From an uncultured virus (IMG/VR IMGVR_UViG_3300028833_000129) (Duplodnaviria; Heunggongvirae; Uroviricota; Caudoviricetes): a stretch of DNA of 64,000 bases. The stretch lies in the IMG/VR virus record IMGVR_UViG_3300028833_000129. One strand, written 5' to 3'. Within the stretch, counting starts at the first letter, position 1. Every line of letters starts with the position of its first letter. This document shows, piece by piece, positions 1 through 9,760 of the stretch. A program made the translations under genes and the position numbers. A model generated the notes under the pieces. That model saw only the letters and a list, made by a program, of their open reading frames with translations, did no database searches and was not told the origin of the DNA.

Positions 1-414
1 TATGATGAACATAGAAAAAAAATATCAGAAGCATTAAAAGGCGAAAATAACCCATTGTATGGAAAACACCACTCTGATGAAACAAGACAAAAATTGTCAG
101 AATCACATAAAGGTAAACACCACTCTGATGAAACTAGACAAAAAATGTCTGAAAACAATGCAAAATATTGGCTAGGTAAACACTTCTCTGATGAATATAG
201 ACAAAAATTGTCAGAATCACATAAAGGTGTTATACCAAAATCAAATCCTCCAAAAACCGTTTACCAATACACACTTGATGGTAAACTTGTTAAGATATGG
301 CCATCAACAAATGAATGTGAAAGGAATGGCTTTAACCAAGGGAACATTTCTAAGTGTTGCAGAGGCAAAAGAAAAACAAGTAATGGCTATAAGTGGAGTT
401 ATACCCCACTGTAG
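1..414 (+). CDS. NUMOD3/NUMOD1-containing homing endonuclease, C-terminal part (5' truncated by window edge)
   Basis: Frame open from base 1; repeats HHSDETRQKLSESHKG (NUMOD3); C-terminal VYQYTLDGKLVKIWPS...ISKCC.GKRKT..GYKW (NUMOD1); similar to the GIY-YIG protein at 36894-37526. Confidence 0.85.
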   Translation, partial: YDEHRKKISEALKGENNPLYGKHHSDETRQKLSESHKGKHHSDETRQKMSENNAKYWLGKHFSDEYRQKLSESHKGVIPKSNPPKTVYQYTLDGKLVKIWPSTNECERNGFNQGNISKCCRGKRKTSNGYKWSYTPL

Positions 415-423
415 CCAATGTCA

Positions 424-1755
424 TTAAAGTAATGAAACAGCCTCAGCAAGGTCATCATCCTCACCAAGGGACTTAACGTATACGCTAATGGTATCTATAC
501 TGTGACCTATAAGTGAGGCCAATGCGATAACGCTGCCGCCCTTTGCAAGGTACATCTGAGCGAATGAATGCCGGTAGCTATAATAAGATACATCGGTCGG
601 CGCAAGGGGTATATTATCATTTGTCTCAACATTTTTTTTAATGATATAGCTGTTAACCTCCTTTAACCAATCTCTGAATTTGTCAATATGGTTCGATGTG
701 AAGTTGTTCACCCTTTTTATTATTTTAACATTATCATTTGGACTTAAACCATCCAATACCGGTAATAGCCAAGTTCCTTTGTTAAGCATAAGCATCGGCA
801 ACATAAGCACCTGATTAAATTTATCATCAGCCTTTATTCTTATTTTAACATCAATGCCCGTTTTCTGACGTTTTAAATCCCAACAATAATACTTACTATC
901 TTTGATATATCTAACATCCATATCAGCCATTTTCAATTGCGCTAAATCGATAGGACTTAAGCCTTGAAACATTAGCCCCATAAACCAAAAATACCGGGCG
1001 AACAATGGCGACGATGTGCAGGTCAACGCCTCAAAAACCCCATCCCTATGATGCCACAAATCACCCTTGTCGACAATCAATTCATCCAAAAATAATTTCT
1101 TCATTATATCAATTGTCCGGTGATGTATAAAAATATTTCTTGATGATACCTTGTAATCCTTGCCATAGTTCCAACGCTTGAAGGGTGACTCCTTAATGAT
1201 GCCCTCCTCTGCTGCATACCGGCACAACGCTGCCAATTTGGATAACGTCATCTTAATGGTAGATTGCTTCATGCCGCTCCTCTCCAAATATTTGCCATAG
1301 CCCTTGATGATATCGACTGTTACCTCCTCTATGTTTTTAACGTCTGTATAGCCTTTAAAACTTTTCAGAAACGACTTCCATACCTTAACAGTACCCGGTG
1401 CAAGCGGTGCTGTATATCTCTCAATGAGAGTCTCTATATTGCCAATAGGGGCTACTTCTTTTCTTTGCAGTATCATTGCCGGCGTATACGCCTTACCCTC
1501 CACTTCATACTTGTTCCTTATATCAATAGCCTCTGATTTTAACCGGTGGATAAGCTCGTTAATGGTGGCATAGTTCTGATAACCTTTTCGAACACATTCC
1601 TTTTTGGAATCCCAATACTTAACTGTGCATGAGCATCCGGTAGATATTTCTTTTCGCCCATTAAACTGACAACGCAGCATAATAGGATGGCTACCATCAC
1701 TGAGAACTTTGTTTGTGCGCAACACTAACTTAATAATCGCAGAAGACGTTTTCAT
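424..1755 (-). CDS. int: Tyrosine recombinase / phage integrase (Bacteroidetes type)
   Basis: N-terminal arm-binding-like region (DGSHPIMLRCQFNGRKEISTG...WD), SAM-like middle region, C-terminal YSYRHSFA...LIGHS...VY. Confidence 0.9.
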   Translation of the reverse strand: MKTSSAIIKLVLRTNKVLSDGSHPIMLRCQFNGRKEISTGCSCTVKYWDSKKECVRKGYQNYATINELIHRLKSEAIDIRNKYEVEGKAYTPAMILQRKEVAPIGNIETLIERYTAPLAPGTVKVWKSFLKSFKGYTDVKNIEEVTVDIIKGYGKYLERSGMKQSTIKMTLSKLAALCRYAAEEGIIKESPFKRWNYGKDYKVSSRNIFIHHRTIDIMKKLFLDELIVDKGDLWHHRDGVFEALTCTSSPLFARYFWFMGLMFQGLSPIDLAQLKMADMDVRYIKDSKYYCWDLKRQKTGIDVKIRIKADDKFNQVLMLPMLMLNKGTWLLPVLDGLSPNDNVKIIKRVNNFTSNHIDKFRDWLKEVNSYIIKKNVETNDNIPLAPTDVSYYSYRHSFAQMYLAKGGSVIALASLIGHSIDTISVYVKSLGEDDDLAEAVSLL

Positions 1756-1820
1756 ACTCTTTTAATGTTAAATTAATAATATTTGGTGCACACTGTGGTG
1801 CACACTTAACTTTCAAGCTG

Positions 1821-1852
1821 CAAAGTTAGTGCACTTTTATCAAAAATGCAAA
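1821..1852 (-). promoter_or_regulatory. Bacteroidetes housekeeping-sigma promoter for integrase A
   Basis: Minus strand TTTG-N20-TAACTTTG matches the -33/-7 consensus. Confidence 0.7.
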
Positions 1853-1924
1853 TACGCTGATATAAAATAAGTTAATAAATTATTAATAATATATAAGTTT
1901 TTAGTTATTAAGTAACTTATAATT

Positions 1925-1955
1925 GCCCCGGACTGCGATAGTTAGGGGCTTTTTT
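1925..1955 (+). terminator. Intrinsic terminator-like hairpin inside the attP-like region
   Basis: GCCCCGGACT-GCGAT-AGTTAGGGGC (imperfect stem) followed by a T-run. Confidence 0.55.
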
Positions 1956-2089
1956 ATTATTTATTTTTTTGCAGTGCACTTTATGGTGCACATTTATAAT
2001 AAGTTACGGCAATTGACAAAAATCAAGAAATTGCACTTACTATGTACAAATTGATTTTTCCGGATATTTATTATAAAATAATAATAAGT

Positions 2090-2623
2090 ATGAATAGAGA
2101 ATTTTTTGAGACGAATGAGAGGGAAGGCTTCGAAAAACTAAAGGCACTTAATGATGCGGTTCATTTATTTCCGGAGGTTTATCAAACACCAAAGTTAACT
2201 GATTACGATGCTTCAGCGACAACCATAGCCAATAACGTTTATAACATTGAGATAAAGATACGACATCAGGTGCTATTGGAAGATATGAGAGTATCAGGCG
2301 TATCAAATGCAGGCAACTCATACATTGAGCCATCGATAATGATTGAGTCACATAAATTGGCAAGTAACCTGTTGCATGCACATTACTATAACACCACACC
2401 AATATATGTGAATTTCCTTGATGACGGTAACATTCTCATTTTTAACCTGCATAAATTAAGGTATTTACCGGAAAAAAATGTAAGGCGAACATACTCCAAG
2501 GGCTATCAAGGTAAAGAGAGAGAAATGAAGTTCTATCTGAATATGGCTGATGCTTGCATATTCGATAAAAATTATAACCTGATAAAAAGAGCCTCTGATG
2601 ACAAACCAACAAATAGCAGATAA
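2090..2623 (+). CDS. PD-(D/E)XK nuclease-like protein
   Basis: YDAS...NIEIKIR (D...ExK) motif; homolog at 50457; start moved to 2090 by comparison with the homolog. Confidence 0.5.
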   Translation: MNREFFETNEREGFEKLKALNDAVHLFPEVYQTPKLTDYDASATTIANNVYNIEIKIRHQVLLEDMRVSGVSNAGNSYIEPSIMIESHKLASNLLHAHYYNTTPIYVNFLDDGNILIFNLHKLRYLPEKNVRRTYSKGYQGKEREMKFYLNMADACIFDKNYNLIKRASDDKPTNSR

Positions 2624-3194
2624 CTTTTTAAAATGGGTAAACAATAACTATGAGCGTTTGCAGCTGCATCACCGGAAGTATTGTCTTAATACCAACCAAG
2701 AGTGGGATGATGACATATTTGCCAACACCTATTTAAAGATATACGATAAGATAGTTAAAGACGGCATAAACGATTGTTCAGAAAAAGGCTTTGAAAATTA
2801 TTTTTTTATTAGTTTTAAACAGAACTTAAGGAGGGAAAAACAATATTCAAGGAACGCCAAAAGGGACAGCAATGCTAACCTGCCTATGTTGCAAGAAGTA
2901 TATAAAAACTCACAACTTACCGAGCAGGAAAAACTAAAAAGTGATTTACTAAAAGATTATGCGACAATATACATACTGACCAAAGTGGAAGAGAATTTTT
3001 CTCCGGCTGATAATAGAATTTTTAAAATGAAATTATTTGACAAGTTAACCTATAAGCAACTCACTGAAAAGACCGGAGAAAAAGCAGTAAGACAACGGAT
3101 AGTTAATATCAAAAATTGGTTAAAAGAAAATGTGACCAAGGACGAAATAAATAAAGCCTTTAACGAAGACTATAGTAATCTAATAACGGACTAA
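2598..3194 (+). CDS. Phage sigma-70/ECF-like transcription factor
   Basis: Region-2-like DDIFANTYLKIYD...FENYFF and region-4-like HTH (RIFKMK...LTYKQLTEKTG...VRQRIVNIKNWLK); lies directly upstream of the late genes. Confidence 0.65.
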   Translation: MTNQQIADNFLKWVNNNYERLQLHHRKYCLNTNQEWDDDIFANTYLKIYDKIVKDGINDCSEKGFENYFFISFKQNLRREKQYSRNAKRDSNANLPMLQEVYKNSQLTEQEKLKSDLLKDYATIYILTKVEENFSPADNRIFKMKLFDKLTYKQLTEKTGEKAVRQRIVNIKNWLKENVTKDEINKAFNEDYSNLITD

Positions 3195-3934
3195 TGTTGG
3201 AGAAAAATAAAATTTATTGTTGTGATGTATTAGAAGGACTAAAAGAACTTGATGATGAAAGCGTTGATATTATAATCACATCGCCGCCTTATAATAAGGG
3301 CATAAACAAAGGTAAAAATAGCTCAAAGGCAAAGTGGGTTTCTACAATAGATTATAATGGCGACTCAGAAAATGATAATATGCCTGAAGATGAGTATGAG
3401 AAGTGGCAAATTGACGTTTTGAAAGAATGTTACCGGGTATTAAAAAAAGATGGTTCAATGTTTTACAACCACAAAAATAGAATATGGACCGGTCATGGAG
3501 AAATTATATCACCATATAAATGGCTGTATCAAGCACCATTTAAGATTAGACAGGAAATAATATGGGATAGAGGTTCGACAAATAACGTTGCAAGGTCGAG
3601 GTATTTGCCATGTACAGAACTCATTTTTTGGTTAACAAAGTCAAATAAGGTAAAATTTGACAGGAAGATTGATACACCAATGAAGAAGGAAGTATGGAGT
3701 TTTCCATTTGAAATAAATACCGAGCATCCGGCTCCATTCCCTGAAAAGTTACCTGATAATATTCTACATTGCATTGCCGGTGAATACGACTATAGACCAT
3801 TGGTGTTAGACCCATTTATGGGAAGTGGTACAGTAGCAGTATCAGCTATAAAACATAACTGTGACTATATAGGTTTTGAAAAATTCCCAATTTATGTGGA
3901 TATGGCTGAGAAAAGAATAAATAATTTTTTGTAA
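3194..3934 (+). CDS. DNA methyltransferase, N6/N4 beta class (SPPY, probably m4C)
   Basis: DIIITSPPY motif IV, HPAPFP, VLDPFMGSGT motif I. Confidence 0.9.
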   Translation: MLEKNKIYCCDVLEGLKELDDESVDIIITSPPYNKGINKGKNSSKAKWVSTIDYNGDSENDNMPEDEYEKWQIDVLKECYRVLKKDGSMFYNHKNRIWTGHGEIISPYKWLYQAPFKIRQEIIWDRGSTNNVARSRYLPCTELIFWLTKSNKVKFDRKIDTPMKKEVWSFPFEINTEHPAPFPEKLPDNILHCIAGEYDYRPLVLDPFMGSGTVAVSAIKHNCDYIGFEKFPIYVDMAEKRINNFL

Positions 3935-3939
3935 AAATA

Positions 3940-3948
3940 ATATGTTTA
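3940..3948 (+). promoter_or_regulatory. Putative phage late promoter motif ATATGTTTA (representative copy)
   Basis: Motif recurs upstream of structural genes at 7103, 16839, 18369, 19510, 21247, 24803, 26605, 34736(-), 34758, 37533, 41942, 51591, 54730 and 60226. Confidence 0.7.
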
Positions 3949-3958
3949 AATAAGAGAT

Positions 3959-4249
3959 ATGATAGCAACAGAAATACTTTTAATACCGGTATTGTTTTTG
4001 CTAATAACAGGTGTATGTTATTATTTAACAGAATATAATAAAATACCGGTGTGGTTAAGATATGAGCCATTCATATGCTACAAATGTCTATCAACTTGGT
4101 CATTGGCAGGCATAGGCATAATGTTCATATTACTTGATTTATTAATTACCGGTATTGCACTTATAATATTAGGCATACTCAATGGAGTGGCTAAATATAT
4201 TGACGAGAAAAATAACACAGTAAGTATAGAAGAATATGACAGAGGATGA
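3959..4249 (+). CDS. Small membrane protein with CxxCxxxW motif (DUF1360-like)
   Basis: Hydrophobic helices, PFICYKCLSTW; homolog at 51614. Confidence 0.6.
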   Translation: MIATEILLIPVLFLLITGVCYYLTEYNKIPVWLRYEPFICYKCLSTWSLAGIGIMFILLDLLITGIALIILGILNGVAKYIDEKNNTVSIEEYDRG

Positions 4250-4556
4250 TGTTAAAATTGTAGAGAAGTTTATTAGTATAAGAAATAGGGGTTTATATGC
4301 AGACGGTGGCCAAGTCACAGAAGTATATAATAGGGTACTTAACAAAAACGTTAGGCCGACTTCCTGTGGAAGCTGTATTAGGCAAAGGGTGAACGAATTG
4401 GAGGTAGCCCTAAACGCCTATAAAAGGCTTCAGGAGGCGTTAAAAAACAATGACCTTGATGATACCCCATCAGAGGAAAATAAAGCGATTGTAGATGCTA
4501 ACGCCGGTGAAAATAAGCCACCTGAGAAAAAGGTTGGCAGGTCAAAGAAGCAATAG
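4236..4556 (+). CDS. Hypothetical phage protein with CGSC motif
   Basis: VYNRVL...PTSCGSCIR conserved with the 51897 homolog. Confidence 0.7.
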   Translation: MTEDDVKIVEKFISIRNRGLYADGGQVTEVYNRVLNKNVRPTSCGSCIRQRVNELEVALNAYKRLQEALKNNDLDDTPSEENKAIVDANAGENKPPEKKVGRSKKQ

Positions 4557-4559
4557 GTT

Positions 4560-5036
4560 ATGAATTCATTAGTAAAAACACATATAGAGCAAAGTTCGCC
4601 AAAAAGAGGGAAAAGGCTCAGTCAAAAACAACTTGACGAATACGACCGGGTGCAACGTCTAATAGAGGAAATACAAGTTGACCTAGTGAATGGCGTAATG
4701 CGCTCAGAGATATTTAACAAGTTCAGGGAGAGAATGTATAATAATCTGTCAAAAAAAGATATTGGTGAAAGGCAGATACAGAATTACATCAAGGCAGCTT
4801 GGGAAGTGTTAAAAGAAGACAGGGTAGAAAGAGTGCAAGAACTTAGGGATTTACTGTTTTCTCAGTATATGTCTCAATATAACGAAGCTACTCGAATGGG
4901 AAACACAATGGTTGCAAAGTCAGTGCTTGACTCAATTGCAAAGATATTCTTACCGGATGAAAAGAATATAAACCTTAATGCAAAAGTGGATGGGGAAATA
5001 ACCATAGATTTTAACCTTATAGAGGATGAAAGTTAA
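4560..5036 (+). CDS. Probable terminase small subunit
   Basis: Helical 158-aa protein overlapping the TerL start; homolog at 52189. Confidence 0.55.
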   Translation: MNSLVKTHIEQSSPKRGKRLSQKQLDEYDRVQRLIEEIQVDLVNGVMRSEIFNKFRERMYNNLSKKDIGERQIQNYIKAAWEVLKEDRVERVQELRDLLFSQYMSQYNEATRMGNTMVAKSVLDSIAKIFLPDEKNINLNAKVDGEITIDFNLIEDES

Positions 5037-6288
5037 TGTAAAAGGTATAAAACTCACAGAAAGTCAAAGACTTATTTATAATGCGGCAAATGACAATGAG
5101 CATAGAATTGTTATGGCAAATCTGTCAAGACAGCAGGGCAAGACCACTGTTGTCATGCTGTTATGTATTAAATGGCTTTCACAGAAAAATGAGGATATTA
5201 TATACTTTACACCAACATTCACACTAGCAAAAAGAATATACAGCAAAATAATTAAAATGCTCCCATCGTCATTTGTAACAAAAGCAAATGCATCAGACCT
5301 AATCATAGAAAGTGTAAATGGTTCACAGTTAAGGTTTTGCAGTGGAGAAGCTGCGCAATCTGCAAGAGGTAGCAACTGTACAAAGTTGGTTATCGATGAG
5401 GCGGCATATATCAAGCAAGAGATAGATGGTCAGGATTTTTATTACAACATTGTTATGCCATTAACGAAAGTTCATTGCGATAAGATTGTAATGATTTCCA
5501 CCCCAAAGTCAACGTCAGGTTTTTTTTATGAGTTATGCATGCAGGCATTAAGCGGTGAAAGGAGCGATATGATATACATTAAACGCACAATATACGAAGA
5601 TGCACTCATCGACCCTGAAGAGATAGAAGAACTTAAAAAAGGCTATCCACCAATGGCTTGGAAGACAGAGTTCGAATGCGTCTTCATGGCAAATGCATTA
5701 TCAGTTTTCCCCAATTATGAGACATGCTTTGATATAAATTCATACTCCGGAGGAAAGTGTTGGTGTGGCATAGACCCATCCACATTGGGAGAAGATAACA
5801 CCATTGTTACATTCGTTAATACCGGCAATGAAGTTAAACAATATAAGATTGATGGGGAGTTGGATGTTAAATATCAAAAAATTTCAAAGCTTATTAATGA
5901 ATATAATCCGGTAGCAACGTACATTGAGAGCAATTCCATTGGTGAAGTGATGGCCAATGAAATAAAGAAGCAGTTAAAGAAAAAATCAAATTTTTACACA
6001 TTTGCCACAACTAATGATAGTAAAAAAGACTATATATCATTGTTGGCAGTGGATATAGCAAATAGCGCAATACACTTTGAAAAGGAAAACACCCTATTAT
6101 ACTCAGAGTTGGGAACGTTTTCATTTAGGCTTACAAAAACAGGGAAGATAACGTATGCAGCAATCGATGGAAAGCATGACGATACTATCACCTCTTTAGG
6201 GATAACACTGCAATGTAAAAATGATTTTAAATATGCCGGTGAAAATAATATATACATACAGAAAACAGGAAATTTATGGCTGAAATAA
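5026..6288 (+). CDS. terL: Terminase large subunit
   Basis: Walker A SRQQGKTT, Walker B VIDEAA, ISTP coupling motif, nuclease motifs GIDP and HDD. Confidence 0.95.
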   Translation: MKVNVKGIKLTESQRLIYNAANDNEHRIVMANLSRQQGKTTVVMLLCIKWLSQKNEDIIYFTPTFTLAKRIYSKIIKMLPSSFVTKANASDLIIESVNGSQLRFCSGEAAQSARGSNCTKLVIDEAAYIKQEIDGQDFYYNIVMPLTKVHCDKIVMISTPKSTSGFFYELCMQALSGERSDMIYIKRTIYEDALIDPEEIEELKKGYPPMAWKTEFECVFMANALSVFPNYETCFDINSYSGGKCWCGIDPSTLGEDNTIVTFVNTGNEVKQYKIDGELDVKYQKISKLINEYNPVATYIESNSIGEVMANEIKKQLKKKSNFYTFATTNDSKKDYISLLAVDIANSAIHFEKENTLLYSELGTFSFRLTKTGKITYAAIDGKHDDTITSLGITLQCKNDFKYAGENNIYIQKTGNLWLK

Positions 6289-6968
6289 ATGAAAAAGAAA
6301 TAATTGATTTGGGCAGTATACAAGTGCCTGAGAAATGGCAGGACGTTACCCTTCTTCAGTTTGAAAACATACAGAGATATTACGCTGACAAGGACAAAAA
6401 ATTTAATGTGTTCGATGTTATTGACATTTTTATAAATAAGGAGAAGGATTATGTGATGACGTTGCCGGCTGAATTTATAGAAATTATACTTCATAAGCTA
6501 TCATTTTTGTATGAGGAGTATGATGAAAAAGAACCGACAAATAAAATTGTCATCGATGGTGAGGATTATATTGTTAATGTACAGAATAAATTAAAAGCCG
6601 GTGAATTCATAGCAGCAGATACCCTATTAAAAAGTGATAAGTATAATTTGGCAGCACTGCTTGCCATCTTATGCAGGAAAAAAGATGAAGCGTATGATTC
6701 GAAGTTTGAGAATGAAATGGTAGAGGAGCGAATGAAGATGTTCGAAGAGCAGCCGGTGATTAATGTTTTACCAATATTAGGTTTTTTTTTGCAACTAGGG
6801 ATAATATCATCAGGTCCTACCCTATTATCTTTGAAGCTCGAAGAAGAAATAAACCGCACTGCCAACAGTATAGAGACTTTGCAGAAAAATGGGGAAATAT
6901 CAAAACATTGTATGAAATCGCTGACGAAAAAATTGAGAAAGTTGAAAAAATCTATTGCACATATCTGA
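6276..6968 (+). CDS. Probable tail assembly chaperone (gpG-like)
   Basis: T9 slippery run at 6782-6790 with an open, conserved -1 frame; homolog at 53927. Confidence 0.7.
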   Translation: MAEINEKEIIDLGSIQVPEKWQDVTLLQFENIQRYYADKDKKFNVFDVIDIFINKEKDYVMTLPAEFIEIILHKLSFLYEEYDEKEPTNKIVIDGEDYIVNVQNKLKAGEFIAADTLLKSDKYNLAALLAILCRKKDEAYDSKFENEMVEERMKMFEEQPVINVLPILGFFLQLGIISSGPTLLSLKLEEEINRTANSIETLQKNGEISKHCMKSLTKKLRKLKKSIAHI

Positions 6969-7072
6969 ATGATTACTTTCAGTTTCTTTCGTATTTGATT
7001 GAAAAGGCTGATGTGGATGAGGAAGAAGAAAAATTTAAAGACCAAATGAGAGAAGCTAAAAGACACCGGTAA
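6782..7072 (+). CDS. -1 frameshift extension of tail chaperone (gpGT-like C-terminus)
   Basis: FFFATRDNIIRSYPIIFEARRRNKPH...EKWG...YFQFLSYLIEKADVDEEEEKFKDQMREAKRHR*, conserved with 54418-54708; not in the ORF track. Confidence 0.8.
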   Translation, partial: FFFATRDNIIRSYPIIFEARRRNKPHCQQYRDFAEKWGNIKTLYEIADEKIEKVEKIYCTYLNDYFQFLSYLIEKADVDEEEEKFKDQMREAKRHR

Positions 7073-7091
7073 AATTAGCCGGTGTTTTTTT
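7059..7091 (+). terminator. Intrinsic terminator
   Basis: ACACCGGT-AAAATT-AGCCGGTGT followed by a T-run, at the end of the frameshifted ORF. Confidence 0.65.
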
Positions 7092-7131
7092 ATATATAAA
7101 TAATATGTTTAGTATATAATATATATAACAT

Positions 7132-7686
7132 ATGCTTACAGAAATAATTAATATCTTAAAGAACATAGCTCTCAGACATAAAGGCGTTAGAACATTTAGG
7201 TATCAAGGCGATGACCTTAACAACCAACAGGCAAATTATAAAGGTTTTCAAGTATTTGTCGACGACATATCGCTCCATCAGTTAAATATCACTACCAACG
7301 TATTTAAGACAGAGTTTCAAGTGTATATATTGTCCACACCTGAAAATACTCCTGAAGCCATTTTAAAAGCTCAAGATGACGCTTACACAATAGCGGTGGA
7401 TATATTGGCTTACATAGACTTAAAAAGCGAATACAGAGGCATTCTGAGCGTTTATGACTACAGTATAATAACATTGTCGCATTATACTGCAAACAGTAGC
7501 GCCGGTGTTAAGTTATCTTTGGTAATAGAGACACCAAATCCTGTTAACTTATGTGAGCTTGATGACAATTTTAATGATGAGCCTTATGAAGAAAAGGACG
7601 AAGAAATAACAATAAATGAAGAGGAGATTGGCGATATTACAATAAATCCAATTCACCTCCCACTAAATAACCCTTGCTGTAAATAA
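7132..7686 (+). CDS. Probable tail terminator/completion protein
   Basis: Size, position and acidic C-terminus; homolog at 54756. Confidence 0.45.
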   Translation: MLTEIINILKNIALRHKGVRTFRYQGDDLNNQQANYKGFQVFVDDISLHQLNITTNVFKTEFQVYILSTPENTPEAILKAQDDAYTIAVDILAYIDLKSEYRGILSVYDYSIITLSHYTANSSAGVKLSLVIETPNPVNLCELDDNFNDEPYEEKDEEITINEEEIGDITINPIHLPLNNPCCK

Positions 7687-8216
7687 TGGACTTAAAGTTA
7701 GCTCTTAATGAATTGGCTGAAGCTGTTAAAAGAATGATTAATGCCGGTATTGCAGAGTATGGTGTTAACAAAAGGGTGAAGCCACCAACTAATACCCTTG
7801 AAGGTAGTGAGCTGCAAAAGACAATGGAAGTAAATACCATAGAGAATGGTATAGCATTGCGCATAGCAGACTATTGGGGGTATATAGTAAAGGGGTGGAA
7901 TCGTACCCATAAAAGCCCTGAACGAGGGTTGTACCATGCCCTTGTACTATGGGCCATCAAAAAACATATAACATTGCCGGGCAAATCACAGTCAGTCAGC
8001 GCAGTGTTGGTAGCTGAAGAAGTGTGGAAGACAATGATTGTGTATGAACGACCAATACCTGCAAGACCATTTATGAATTATGATGAGGAAGGAGAAAAGA
8101 AAGGAGAGGCTGACATTACAAAAATGGTAATTGGCCTTGACACATATATAGACAAATGGTTCGATGACCTTTTTGAAAAAATAATGGAAAAAACAGATAA
8201 ATATTTTAATGGCTAA
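7686..8216 (+). CDS. Probable neck/tail completion protein
   Basis: IPARPF motif typical of tail-completion (HK97 gp10-like) proteins; homolog at 55280. Confidence 0.5.
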   Translation: MDLKLALNELAEAVKRMINAGIAEYGVNKRVKPPTNTLEGSELQKTMEVNTIENGIALRIADYWGYIVKGWNRTHKSPERGLYHALVLWAIKKHITLPGKSQSVSAVLVAEEVWKTMIVYERPIPARPFMNYDEEGEKKGEADITKMVIGLDTYIDKWFDDLFEKIMEKTDKYFNG

Positions 8217-9744
8217 TATTGTAACAACATTTAATGGTTTTGATAACCTTGATACTTCTTATATAGCACTTACAGATATCCCTAATATAATAACAGTTGA
8301 GGATAGCAGTGGCTATTTTACCGGAGTGTACCCCACCTTGAAGTTCAGATGCAACACATCATCTTTATATGGCAACCCTGATGGAAGATTCACCATAGAG
8401 ATATTTGGTGAAACAATAACTAGTGTCAGATATTATGAAAACGCTACCAATAAGAATTTTTATATATCGCCAAATAATTATTCGACAGCTGCAAGTATCG
8501 CAAGAGCACTGAGAAATTGTCAATCTTTGGCCTCAAATTTTAAGATAGAAAACAATGCTGACTATGTTGTAATAACCGGTAGAAAATATTTTTTGGTCAA
8601 TTTTCAGGATGGCTTTTTTATAACTGATACAACCGGAGAATATACGCAGAGCCAACTGTGGAATAATTATTTTATATTTACAAGCAGTGATTATAATGAT
8701 GGACAAAACCCATCAGTATTAACGAATGCAAGGGTGAGCGTAGATATTTATTCAGGAGAGACAGAGGACTATGTTACAACGTTAGAGAAGGTATGCCCTG
8801 ACTATAGCGTCAGCTTTAATGTTTCGCCGGCAATAACATCTATAGCAGAGTATGGTAAGACTGTTAAGTGGTCGTATAGGGCTGCATATACCACAATCGC
8901 AGGCTTATATAATTCATTAACCAACCCTGATGATTATACCAACTATGTAAGCATAGGCTATATGGTAAACCAAGGGAATGGAAGGGGGCTGCATCAGATA
9001 GAGGCAGACAATGCAATGATTGCGCAGAACGTTAACAGAGGTGATAGCAACCCTTCATTTACCAACCACACATTATTATATACCTATGACAGCAACATAC
9101 CGTTATCATTTTATGTTGGTAATTATACTTCAGGCAATATTAATGTAACATTTAGGGATTCAGCTTACCAAACAATAAGTGGCTTCACCACAACTTGGAT
9201 TAACCAAAGCGCAAATAAATTATATGAAATGAATTTAAATTTGGTGTATGACCAAGCAAGCCAAAGTTGGTTTAACAATGCGTTTTATATAGATATAGAA
9301 GTTATTGGACAAAGCCTTAGATATAATGTTATCAAACCATTAAAGGCCGCTGAAGGGTACACAAGGATTTTCTTTAGAAATTCATATGGCGGCATATCAT
9401 TTATAGACCTAACCGGCAAGCGAACAGAGACGAGGGACTTAACGTTAAAGACATATCAGAAAAATATATATGACTACCAAGATATAGACGCACCAAATAT
9501 ACTTGATAAGATATATGATAATCAAGTTAAATATACTGTTACGATTAAGAGCCATTTGTTCGAAGGTGATGGTCGATGGATATATAACGACCTGCTGCAA
9601 TCATCAAAGGTATGGATATATGTTAATGGTGAACAGTATGATATAATAATCGACTCAGTAAGTGTTAATGAACAAGATAATAGTAATGACATATGGGAGG
9701 CTGAAGTAAAATATTCGTATAGTATGCACCCATCAATATTATAA
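8209..9744 (+). CDS. Minor tail protein (distal tail-like)
   Basis: RIFFRNSYGG...F.G and DLLQSSKVW motifs; homolog at 55813. Confidence 0.55.
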   Translation: MANIVTTFNGFDNLDTSYIALTDIPNIITVEDSSGYFTGVYPTLKFRCNTSSLYGNPDGRFTIEIFGETITSVRYYENATNKNFYISPNNYSTAASIARALRNCQSLASNFKIENNADYVVITGRKYFLVNFQDGFFITDTTGEYTQSQLWNNYFIFTSSDYNDGQNPSVLTNARVSVDIYSGETEDYVTTLEKVCPDYSVSFNVSPAITSIAEYGKTVKWSYRAAYTTIAGLYNSLTNPDDYTNYVSIGYMVNQGNGRGLHQIEADNAMIAQNVNRGDSNPSFTNHTLLYTYDSNIPLSFYVGNYTSGNINVTFRDSAYQTISGFTTTWINQSANKLYEMNLNLVYDQASQSWFNNAFYIDIEVIGQSLRYNVIKPLKAAEGYTRIFFRNSYGGISFIDLTGKRTETRDLTLKTYQKNIYDYQDIDAPNILDKIYDNQVKYTVTIKSHLFEGDGRWIYNDLLQSSKVWIYVNGEQYDIIIDSVSVNEQDNSNDIWEAEVKYSYSMHPSIL

Positions 9745-9760
9745 ATTAAAAAATGTTAAA

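Larger units (their letters stand above)
1784..2038. other. Putative attP region of phage A with arm-type repeats
   Basis: TGGTGCACACT direct repeats at 1784 and 1796; GTGCAC-type copies at ~1829, ~1974, ~1986 and TGCAC at ~2032 flank an AT-rich core next to the integrase. Confidence 0.6.

Noticed and set aside
2090..3934. Complete restriction-modification pair (nuclease-like 2090 plus MTase 3194)
   Set aside because: Phage B keeps the nuclease-like gene without the MTase, so they are unlikely to be a cognate pair
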